Source of the DNA: Dimorphilus gyrociliatus
Taxonomy: Eukaryota > Animalia > Annelida
Length of the DNA stretch: 64,000 nt
Direction of reading: 5' to 3'
Assembly (NCBI GenBank): GCA_904063045.1
Contig: CAJFCJ010000006.1
Coordinates: 4,666,408 to 4,730,407, forward strand
In this document: positions 46,901 to 58,900 of the stretch, one piece after another
How positions within the stretch are numbered: the stretch's first letter is position 1
How the letters are laid out: every line of letters starts with the position of its first letter
Program-made: the position numbers and the translations under genes
The notes under the pieces: model-generated
What the model was told of the DNA's origin: nothing
Databases searched by the model: none
The model's input: the letters and a program-made list of their open reading frames with translations, nothing else

Positions 46901-49900
46901 TAGCAGCTCATCCTGGACTGTCATAGGAAGTAAGTTTTTTTTTACTAAACATTTATAATATATTTTCACGGAATAATTGTAATTACTACTTTTCAGCCGA
47001 ATTACCTATCGCAATTTATGCCTTGGATGACTGCTCTCTAGCCAAAGACTCGGCTAGAGGAAGATCCGACGGAGAGGTTATCGGAGATTATATGATTACT
47101 GATGGACCAGGAGGACGAGCAGATGGAGCCATTAGCTTCAGAGGATCAACTCGCAGCTATATTAAAATTGAAAAGAAAGAAGTTTTAAATACGAAATATT
47201 CAATTTCTGTATTCATGCACGTTTATTTCGATCTTCTAAATCAAAAAGCATCTCTCTTCTCCTTTGGGGAAGAAGGACGAGTATCTTTCTTCATACAAAA
47301 TAGAAATCTTGTATTCTTAGCAAAAATGAAAGATGACACCCTCTTCGATAACAGCGTAGCCTATAGATTACCTAATAACTTGGCTGGTAAATGGATACAT
47401 GTTGGAGCATCATATGATTATTCTAAAAGTACATTGGCTCTCTACGTAAACAGAAATAGAGTTAAATTCGAAGAAGTTTCTCTTCGCGAACCAGTTACAA
47501 ATGAAGATATTTACATAAATCATGTGACTACTGGCAAATTTAGCGGACTTAAAGGAAAACTCTCCTGTCTAAAAGTTTATGATAGAGTATTGAAATCGGA
47601 TGAACTTGAAAGTGCAAGCGAATGTCAAACTCGTAAGTGATTAAATTACAATGCATATCTTCTTGTCTAATTTAAATATATTAAATAGTTGCTCCATCGC
47701 TAAAATCACCACCAAAACTTATTGGTATACAACATACAACAATCGTCAGGAAGGTGATAAAGAAAAACTTTGCCGAGAAGAGAATAATTACAAGAGTTGT
47801 TGTCGAAGGAGGCGTAAATAAGACTACAACAGAAGAAACTTGGAACAATTATACAAAAACAATTGAAACAAACGAAACAACCCAAACTAAAGCGTTTGCT
47901 TACGCATGTCAAATCAATTTATTACAATCTGAAAAGATCATAAGTTACGCATTCTCGTGGTTATACAAAGGTATAGAAGTTGGTATGTCGAATTACTTAA
48001 ACGTAAAGAAAGAATTTAACATCTATAATGGTGTCATACCTGATTCATTGATGAACTCTATTGCATCACCTGAATTGGTAAATATTTCTTCTAGTGTTTA
48101 AATCTTATATTTAATTTGTTGACTTTTATTCAGTTGTCTTGCCAAGTTGCAACATGCGAAGAAGGCGATTGTGAGAAAAAGTGCGTAAAGAAGAGTAATC
48201 CTTTTAAGAATTCACTTGAAGTACTTACAAAAGAGATAACGGTTGTTGAAGGAGGACATGTTGGCTTTATTGCAATTAGAAGTCCAGTTCCACCTTCAGT
48301 TATTTGCGCACCAAACGATACTTCCACTTGTAGTATAAGAATAACAGTTCGCATTAAGGAACACAACACTGACTATAAATGCTATGATAAAACGAAAATT
48401 CCCCAATTTGTTGTTGGATGGAAACAAGATGATGACACAACATCTTCAGAGGCTTTTTGCGGTATTGAACTACCTCATTCAAGATGGGATGATATTTTGA
48501 AAATACCAATTAAAGCCAAGTTAGATAGAATCAATGAAAAGGGAAAAACCGTTATAAGATATGCCGAAATTGTTCAAACTGTTTACATTCAAGGTGTTGC
48601 CATAAGAGAATCTGTCGTTATTGGAGAAGTAACAGTGAAAGTCGTTGATATGGATAGGCCATCTATGTGCATGAGTTATGGTGATCCTCACTTCAAAACA
48701 TTTGACAATCAGTGAGTTTTTCAATTTTTATCTATTCCAGATAATTAATATAACTATTCTATCTTGAATTTTTCATTTAGGAAATACAACTTGTACCGTG
48801 AAGGTGAATTCGTCTTGTATCGACACAAAACTCAACCTATTCAAGTAAACGTCTTACTTAAAGCTTGCGCTTATTGGGGTGTAAGTACTGCAACATGCAT
48901 TTGTGTCGTAGCCGTTAAAATCCAAGATGACGTTATACTTATTGATACATGCGGAGGTTTGAATGGTAATAAAGTTAAAAAGGAATCTTCAGAGATAAGC
49001 GCTTATTTAAATGGAAATCTTACCAAGAGCGTTAAAATCCAGCAGTTTTCTAATAATTATAGAATTCTTTTACCTACTGGTACCGTCTTGAGAACTGAAG
49101 TTTGGAAACATGATGGTTATATGTTCATGAACGCTTATATAGAATCTAGCCCCTACGATTGGGAAATGACAGAAGGTCTCTGCGGTTTCTACAATGGTAA
49201 ACGTGTTGGTGAATTAATTGGTAGCGACGAAATCATCTACAAGAATAATTACCTACCTAATAAGTTCATTTCTACTTGGCTCGTTACCGAAACACTCTTC
49301 GGAGGATACTGTCCACCAGTTGTTGAAGAGTCAAACACAACTGATGTAAATAAAACTGAAGAGGAACACTTTTTCTGCGATTGTATTTCAGGTCAAGAAA
49401 AATGTGGATCAGGCTTACTTAAGAGAGAATGTCCTCTTAATAAAATTGAAAGTAAATGGCAGGATGTTACCCAGTTTGTAGTGGACGATGCTGAACAAAC
49501 CGAATGTGAAAATCCTGATAACAAACCAGAGATTATTATAATAACAACTCCTGACCCTGTAGAAAAGACATGGCCTGTTAAAAATATCACCAAGGAGAAG
49601 GCAAGAGAAATTTGTCGACAGTCATTAACCATTATTGCGTGCGGAAAGGAAATTGATAAAGAGGCACTAGATAGAGATATCGAAAGTTGCATGGCAGATA
49701 TTTTATTATCAGAATCACTGAAATTTATTGGAGCTACAGTAGAGGCAGCAAAGACACGTTGCGAAATTGATGAAGGTAATAAACCAGAGCCAGATCCTGA
49801 TGTTACTGGCAAACTTTGCCCAAGTAACTGTAATGGGCGCGGTGATTGTAACGAGGGTATATGCGAATGCAAAGACAAGTACACTGGAGACGATTGTTCT

Positions 49901-52900
49901 ATCGAAAAAGGTAAAAAACCCAGATGTTCGAGAGCAGTTTGTTCTGGATTCTTGTGTAAATTCTTCACTATCTGGGGATGGGGATTCCAGAGAACAACCT
50001 CCCTTTCATGTCATTTCCAAAAATGGACTATCACTAAAGGTTCTGTCACGGTTGTTGGAAACTCAATAAAAACTTCAGCTACATATATTAGCGGTAGCAG
50101 AATCCGTTGTACTCTACCAGCAGATGATGCAGACTACACTATTTCGGTTAGTAATGATGGAGGAGATTCTTGTGAGGATCCACCAATTACTCCCAAGTTA
50201 AAATGTCATCGCTGCTATTACAATAAGCAAGGAAAATTAGAATGTAAAATAAGAAGAAATACTTGTTATATTGGTCAAAAATGCTTCTCAGCTAGTCAAC
50301 TAAATCCAGAAAATAACTTACAAATCTGCCGTCCAGGACAGGATCCTTATGGATGGACAACCATAAGTACTGTAAATTACAATGTTTGGTTTCCATTCGA
50401 TTCGTGCCGTCGTATGCATGACGTTCAGAGGACATACGAAGTCGAAGGGGACGGAACATTCGTCAAATGGGGAAATTCTCAAGCTCTTTCATTTATGAAT
50501 AAAAGAAGATTAATCAGACATGATAGCGATTTCAGCCCAGTGACTAGTTTCTCTATCACTACTTCTGTTCTAATCGAGAATAGAATCAGGAGACACACTA
50601 ACCTAATTAGATATTCAAGAACTTCAGCAAGAACTCAAATCACTCTAACAGCAACAACAAGACATTCAATCATATTTAGAGTTATGAATAAATATGTGTC
50701 AACCAAAAACAATATTATCGAAATAGGCAAATGGGCACATATTCAAGCATCGTATGATTATGATACTGGTAAATTGACTGTAAAGGTCACGAAAGAAAAC
50801 ACTGAAACTTTCGAAAAGGATACATCTTTGAAACTTATCAACATCGATTCGAATAGAATTTTCTTGGGTGAAAAATTAAGAGGATCAATGGCTTGTGTTG
50901 GATTCAAATCATCCCTCGATATTGAAGATGAATTTAAAGACTGTAGAGAGTCCAGCTACTTCAAAATTGCAAATAAACGAGTTTCTGAAGCTTCCGTCAT
51001 GTATAAAGAAAGTTTTGACGGAAATTTCGTTTTCAATTATAAATTTAAAGCTCTACAAGACGCAAATGTTGAATATAGATTCAAATGGTACAGTGGTGAA
51101 GATGTTTATGAACAAATGAACTTTACAGTGGCAAATGGTGGAGACTACCAAAATGGTACTCTTCTTATACCTTATGAAAAAGCATCTATTGTACAAAAAG
51201 GGGTAATTTATATCTTTTAGCAATTTTCAAATTGTTATTCACTAATGTTTCTCTTATTGCAGTTGCACTACGCGGTTACATCTTGTCTAACTAAGGATTG
51301 TACACCTGAAAATTCATGCCCAGGTTACAGTAATATGTTTGTACCAGGCATCCATGTAAGTTATCTTGATAGATTTGGTCATTTATGTAAGAGGTAATAT
51401 TAAATTATGCGTAAAATTAAGGTTACAACGGACAAGGAAATAACAATAGTTGAAGGAGGTGCAGAGGTTTACATCAAAGTCATCTCTAATGCCCCACCCA
51501 ACTTGATTTGCAGAGGACCTCCACCACCTAAAAGTAAAATATTGCACAGATGTTTTATCTAATTTTATCAAAATTTATATAAATATTTCCATTCAATAGA
51601 GGATTGTCGTTTGATTGAAGTTAAAACTCCGCACGAAACTATGATATTGAGACCAAACGGAGAGAAATGCAATGATAGACCAAGTTATATTCATATTGGT
51701 GATGATTTAGATACATATCTAGGTTTCGATGGAGAGAGATGGAATATTGGTAATTCTGTTTGCAGCGATGATGTTGCTAAAGGCATTAAGGCTGATCAAC
51801 CTTATTTCAAAGGTTCTAATGATACTGGATTCTGGCCTCCTGGCTTCCATGTTAAATGCATAGGTATATTTTCAAAATTAAAATGACCTGTTTTCGTGAT
51901 AAATAGATAACGCTAAATTACTCTTTCTTATAGAATCTTGTCAAAATATACAAATTGTTGGCACTGGAGAAACGGATGGTGCTTATGAAAAAACATTAGA
52001 AAATTGTGACAGTAGACCTGTTTACAAATCGAAGAATGATTTAGATCCTGAAAAAGAACATTTCCTATTCTCCTTTGATGGAAAGTGGGGAATTGCTAAA
52101 GAAAAATGTACAGCCGATTTCCTAGTAACAGGACCAGAAAGAGAATGGCCTGATGATAAAGCAGAAATAAGTTGGCCCGAAAATGTTGAACTGAAATGCC
52201 TCGGTTTGTAGTATTATGAATAATTTTTAATAGTTTGTCATCATACTATTCGTCTTTTAGCTTACAAATATAAGGAAGAGGGAGAACAACAAGAATATTC
52301 AAAGTGCTACGTTAAAATCGTGACTATTATTGAAACTGTCAATAGAGATTTTAAATGTAAAGATAAATCACTTATACCGCAAGCTGTTATTGGAGTTCCA
52401 CCACCAATAGGAGAATTGAAACAATATTGCGGTGTTTTCATTACAGAATTCAACTGGAATTCAGTAAGTAAAACTCTTTTAAAGCTAAAAATAGAATGTT
52501 TTACCTCTCGACTCTTTACAGCCAATTAGTATACCAGTGAAGGCCAAGATTGACGGAAAATTTGAAAGGAAAACTAAAATAAGGAAATTGTTCATTAAGG
52601 AAACTCACATTGTGAATGAAGTTGTAGTTTACAAAAGAGTAGTTGAAGAGATAACGCTAAATATTAAGGATCCCTATTCTGATTGGAAAGGACATATTTG
52701 TAAATCAGTTAATGATCCTCATATGACAACATTTGATAAAACTCGTTATGAAATGCATTTGAAGGGCGAATTTGTCCTCTATAAACACAAGAACTTATCA
52801 TATGCTATTCATGCCATATACACACCTTGCAATAGAAATAGACCTGGAGGTGTTTCATGTAATTGTGGAGTTGTAGTAAGAGCGGGTGATGATGTTGTTT

Positions 52901-55900
52901 CAATCGATAGATGTGGATTTGATAGTGGTGCTCCAACAGCTGCAGGTGCTCCTTTGAAAGTACAAGTTTATAAGAATGGCGATTTTGAAACTGACTTTAA
53001 AATTACAAAAGTACGAGGAGGAGCTTATGGCATTTATCTACCCACCGGAACTTATCTACTCGTTACCAGTAGCTTTAAAAATTTTGTCAATTTATTCGTG
53101 ACGGCGTCTGAAGCTGATTTTGGTAATGTTGAAGGTCTATGTGGTGACTATGATCACAATAAACATAATGACATGGCCGTTATTGGTGATTTCAATCAAT
53201 GGAGGTAACTTGTTAAACTCTCTAACATAAAAAGATATAATCATTATCAATTCAACTTCAGAGTACACCAAGAAACGTCATTAATTGGTGGTTTATGTAC
53301 CACTTCTACAACTGAGATAAAGGTTGAATCAAAAACATACTGCGAATGTCAAACAGGACATATTGCTATTTGTGGGCCAGGGTTAGATAAATCAGTTTGC
53401 ACATTTGCATCCGGAAAGAAATTTGGTTTGTATACATAGCTGGGATACAAATATTTGTTTATATTTATCATTAACCCTTTTCGTCTATTCACATAACAGA
53501 CATTACCGCTCAACTACTCGCTAAAGCCAAAGATCCTATTGGATGTGCTGATGGTGGACGTCCTCAAATAGTCATTGAAGAGCCTGACTTTGTAAGCATT
53601 TTATAATTAATTCTTAATAGATATGTGTTAGTTTTTATTCTTAATAAATATCAAAAATAGAATGACAAACCACGTTGGCCAACTCCCAATGGTATTACCA
53701 AGAAACAAGCTGAGGAATTCTGCAGAAAGAGAATTTTGGAAAGTACTACTATCAAAGTTTGCGGAAAAGTGAGAAATTTTGAAAAGGAATCCAATGTCGA
53801 AAATTGTATGACTGATATCCAAGCCACTGATGACAGAGATTGGGTTCAAACTGCAATAGACTCGTCTAAAATTGATTGTGAAGTATTTACGAATACCGAT
53901 ACAACTGATTGGGAAGAAGATGACGAAGGTAATCCAAAACCTCCTCCAAATACAGTAGAAAAACTATGCCCTAGACAATGTAGCGGCAATGGAGAATGTG
54001 TTGAAGGTATTTGTATATGTAACGATGGATGGTTAGGCGACGATTGTAACTTTAATGGAAAAACTCCACCAATTGTTATTCCGCAAACCGTTCGCTGTGA
54101 TTATAGCAAATACAACTGTGGTGAAATTACTATTACTGGTACTTTTGTGGAAACTGATCATCTTTTCTGTGAATTGACGCCTGTAGTATCATTCTCTGTT
54201 CGTATATTTAAATAGGCCAATTGAATTTAATTTAATAGAAGTTTCTTTACATTTTTCAGTGGAAAGACTTTAAAGTACTTGGAAATAACCGCGCCAAGGC
54301 TCTCAGCGTTAAAGCTAAAGTAATTTCAGTTAATCAAGTTACTTGTCTGATCCCAAGAAATGAAATTTATACTCTAAGACTTACTTATGATAGTAAAGTT
54401 TACTCTGAAAGCTTGACACTACTTATTTATAGTAGTATCTGTTATGGATGCACTCAAACTGGCTGCAAATTGAAGGAGGGATCGAGGATGAATTGTGTTA
54501 TAAATGGCGTATGCTATCCTAAAGAGGCAATTAACCCCTTAAATAGAGAGTACTGGTGTGATCCATCATCTAATAAATTGAAATGGACTACAATTGGTCT
54601 GACAGTTGTTAAGGGAACAGCAACCACTGTTTTACATTTCGAATCAACCAAGATCAAGTCATCTACAACTAAAATAGAAACAACATCAGTGAAAGGAGGC
54701 ACTACAACATCTATAAGTACTACTAAGACTTCAACCACAATTTCCAAGACAACGGCGAAAATCAGGCAAACGATTGAAGGAACCATAATTGATTTGACCT
54801 CTGGAAGTTCTTGCGTTGAAATTCAACCAAAGAATCCAGTTTCCTGTTTGACCGATCTTAAGAATTGCGCTAGCGGTATAACTCTGTCATTGAACATTGC
54901 TTTCATGAAACAGGTAGAAGAAGGTGCTGTCTTGTTCAGTACTGGAGGCGATGATGATAATGTGGGTATTGGTTGGACAATGTTCTACAAATTCGGTTCC
55001 TGGGTATTAAGAGCGGTTGTTGATGACAAAAAATGGGAAGTTGCTATTCCAGCATCTGTAAGTAAAGCCCACTGGCAAGAGTTCATGTTCTCTTGGCATA
55101 AAGAAGAAGGATTGTTGGTTTACGTTGGAGGTCTTAAAGTAGCTGAATCTAAGATGTTCGTTGCACGAAAAATAGCTGGTAAAGCAATTATGGCTTCTAG
55201 ACTAGTTTTTGGCTGTTCAGCAACTTTAAAAACAACTACACTTCTTCAAGTTCAAATGACTCAAATAGTAATCAGAGAGAAATTCATCACTACATTGGTC
55301 TTGGATGGTGCTATAACAAGTTAGTCTTTTACTTTATTAAAATATATAAAAGCCACTTGCAATTATTTTAACCTTGTGCTTGTTTTATAGTCAAAAGAAC
55401 AACTTGTCCACTTGGATGGGTCGCCATTGCTGGTTGGTGTTATACCACAACCTCTGAACAATTACCTTCAGATGGTTGCAAAAAATTGCATCCTGATGCT
55501 AAACTTGCTGAATGGAGAACTAAAGAACAATTTGAACAAATCCAATGGATGTTTGAAGAGGCCTTCTTCAAAACCAGAATATGTAAGTGGAAGGTCGGCT
55601 TGAAACATGTTGGAGGAAACGAACACAAATGGACACAAATTAATGAAAATCCTCAACAAGATTCTATTAGATGGTTACCTGGACAACCTAAACCAAAAGG
55701 TCCACCAATCAAGGATTGTATACAAATAAATAGAGAAAAGAATTATGGAATGGCAAACATAGTTTGCGATTCCAATCAACATTTAGCCTGTATGATTGAA
55801 GAACCATGCGCCTATAGTGAGTATCAAATTATACATCAATAGGACAATTAAAAACATGGGTTATCCAAAAAAATTAGCTTTTGAAAATCCAATGAAGACT

Positions 55901-58900
55901 AAGGAAGTTGATAATCTTTCTTCTGAAAAATCAATAATCATCTTGGGAAGCAATCAATTCAATTATGACGTCACTTTGAAAAAGGTATCTCAAAAATTTC
56001 ATATTTTCTTATATTTCATAAATTTTAAGAATAAATTTTCTCCAAACAGATTAAAATCAATATGAACAAATTCAAAGGTCAATTAACAGTTGCCATTTTT
56101 AGACCCAAGAATATCTACAATTTATGTCAATATGAAACAAAAGATACTGTCACAATTAATGTTGCAGATGAAACATCCGGTTGGAAATCTGTAAGAATAA
56201 TCTTCTAGCCTTTCTTTTTTTCCATTTTCTTTTAATTATTGGTTTTTTTATCGTCTAGTATACTTTGGATAATCCAATCGAAGGTACAACTGGAGAAGTT
56301 TTTGGTGTTATAGTTCCAAAAATGAATATGGTTTTAGCTCAAAGATCACCAATGCTTATGAAGACGTTAACTTGCACTCTTTCGTCTAATGTTGATGACC
56401 TCAGCAATAACAACTTTAATGTTGAAGGAGTTGATTTAACATCATCATTCGACTATAGTTTTGAAATAAATGGATGCTTCGGTAAGCTAAAATCTTCAAG
56501 CGAAAGATGTTTCTTTTAAACCGTTCTTTCATGTTTTCTTCCCATTAGAACCAACTGGTACAATTTCCCCTCCACCCAAATTTGATCTTACTGTGCCAGA
56601 TAAACCCACTAGACCATCTACAATAGAAGTAGTGGATATCAATTTCAAGAAGATCACCACAACTGGCATAACAATAGTAACAAATACTACAATCACTATT
56701 TCTCAAACAACAAAAATTATAAAATCATCTCTGAAATGCTCTACTATACTTGGCCTAAATGGAGTTGATTCATTCGTAAAAGTAGATCCAAAAGGTTCTA
56801 CCTCTTGTATATCTGACATTGACACTTGTGACGATAACGGTGTTTCCTTGGAGTTCAAGATACAAGTAGAGGAGGTAAAAGATAATATGGTTATATTCTC
56901 TACTGGAGGAGAAAATGAACAATATACAGGCATGACTATGTTCTATGCTTTCAATTATTACTATGTTCAAGTTAGAAGTAGTACAAGAACCTACAAATTA
57001 CAAATCGAAGCCAAGAAAATTATAATTGGTCGAATGATTGCTTGTGCTGTTTCTTACAGCCCAAGATCAGGTGTTGCCTTCTACGTTGATGCTGCCCTAA
57101 TAGGTCGTGCCTTCTCATTTGAAAAAACGACATCAGTAATCTTAAAACGTACAAGATCATCGATATTCTTTGGAAGATCAACAACAACTACAACAAGATG
57201 GGTCAATAGTAAAATGCAAATATGTGAAATGACTATATTCAAGGCCGTATTCGACTTGGTCATCATCTCAGGTAACAGAATTCCAAAATGTAGCGATTCC
57301 ATTGCCGATATCGCCTTCCTTATTGACGGCTCTAACAAAAGAACTGCTGAGGAATTTGCAACTCAATTACACTTTGTTTCTGGTATCGCTAAAAGGTAGC
57401 TATTATTTTGATTATTAAAGATAAACCATTTAAAATGTTTCATTCAAACAATTAGATTACCAGTGTCTGACGATAAGGCCCATGTTTCTGTAAGCCATTA
57501 CGGTTTCAATCCAAAAGAGCCTTTAATATCGTTTGATGAGTACTTTTCATCCGATGACTTGAAGGATGCTATTCTAGATTTAAAACAAGTTGGTGGAGTT
57601 GATGATTTGGCTAAAGGATTAAAGGTAGAATAGAGAAATACTTAATAACATTTTGATGTTCATTAAATGATTTTAATTTTCAAGGCTGTTGAGAAATATA
57701 CTTTCAAACCATCCAATAAAGATCGACCTGGTGTTCCAAATGTTCTTTATATAGTTATAAATGGAAATTATACAGATGATGATTATACTGCTCTTATTGC
57801 TGCATTTGATCTAAGAGTTAGTCTTGACGTATCAATTTACGTTATAGGAATAAATGCTGACGAAGACCAAGTCAGAATATTATCGTCTGCTCCTCAATTA
57901 CCGAACAAGCAATACTTTTTGGTCGAAAAAGAAAAAGATTTAGAATTAGTAATAAGACCTTTACTAGAAATGGCCTGTACTCCACCACCTCCAGTTGAAC
58001 CAACCAAACCTCCACTAGCAACAGTTACACCTTTGATTGGTCAGTTATAATTTCAGTATATTATTATTTTAATTAATAACCCAATTTTCTATTCAGTATG
58101 CACCAAAGTACATATAGATTTGACTTTCATCATTGATGATTCTGGATCAATTCGTAAGAAGAATCCAAAGGATGGTTCACACGATAATTGGACGTTAATG
58201 CTAGAATTTGTCAAGAGTATGATTGATTATCTGGAAATATCTGAAAATGAAAATCATGTTGCTGTTGTTCAATTTTCAACTCATGCAAAGAAAATATTCG
58301 GTCTTGACAAATATTATTCAGCTGAATTAGCTAAAAAGTTAGAGTCAATTTAGAATATTCTCCGTATTTCTTAATTCATTTTTATAGGGCTGTATCAAAC
58401 ATACCTTATTCGGCTGGATGGACCAACATTGCTAAAGGTCTTAGAACAACACGTACATCCGTTTTCGGCAAAGGAGGAGACAGACCTGATGCTCTTAACG
58501 TCGTAGTAATCTTGACTGATGGTGAAGCAACTCATGAAAAAGGAAATACTATTCCAGAAGCGAAATTAATTAAGGATACTGGTGCTAAGGTAAATCATTG
58601 TAATCTCTTTCCTTTTGGAATGATAATTATTGGTTTCTTAATAGATCATTGCCATTGGTATTACCAATTCGGTGAAAGATAGTGAAATTAAGGGAATATC
58701 ATCACCTCCTCAAGAGCTAGATAAAACTTACTTTAAGGCCCCTGATTTCACAGCCCTAAAAGATATGTTAGAAAGTATCTTGGTAGAGACGTGTGTTGAG
58801 GTAAACGTCATTTTAGTAGAAATATTGAATTATTAATGTTCTGTATAAAAAGGTAACACTACCACCATTCACTGGAACCACACCAATGATGACAACTGCT

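Noticed and set aside
49838-49846. RGD tripeptide in the EGF of VWD module 3
   Set aside because: Absent from the three paralogous EGFs; one RGD in >7,000 aa is expected by chance.
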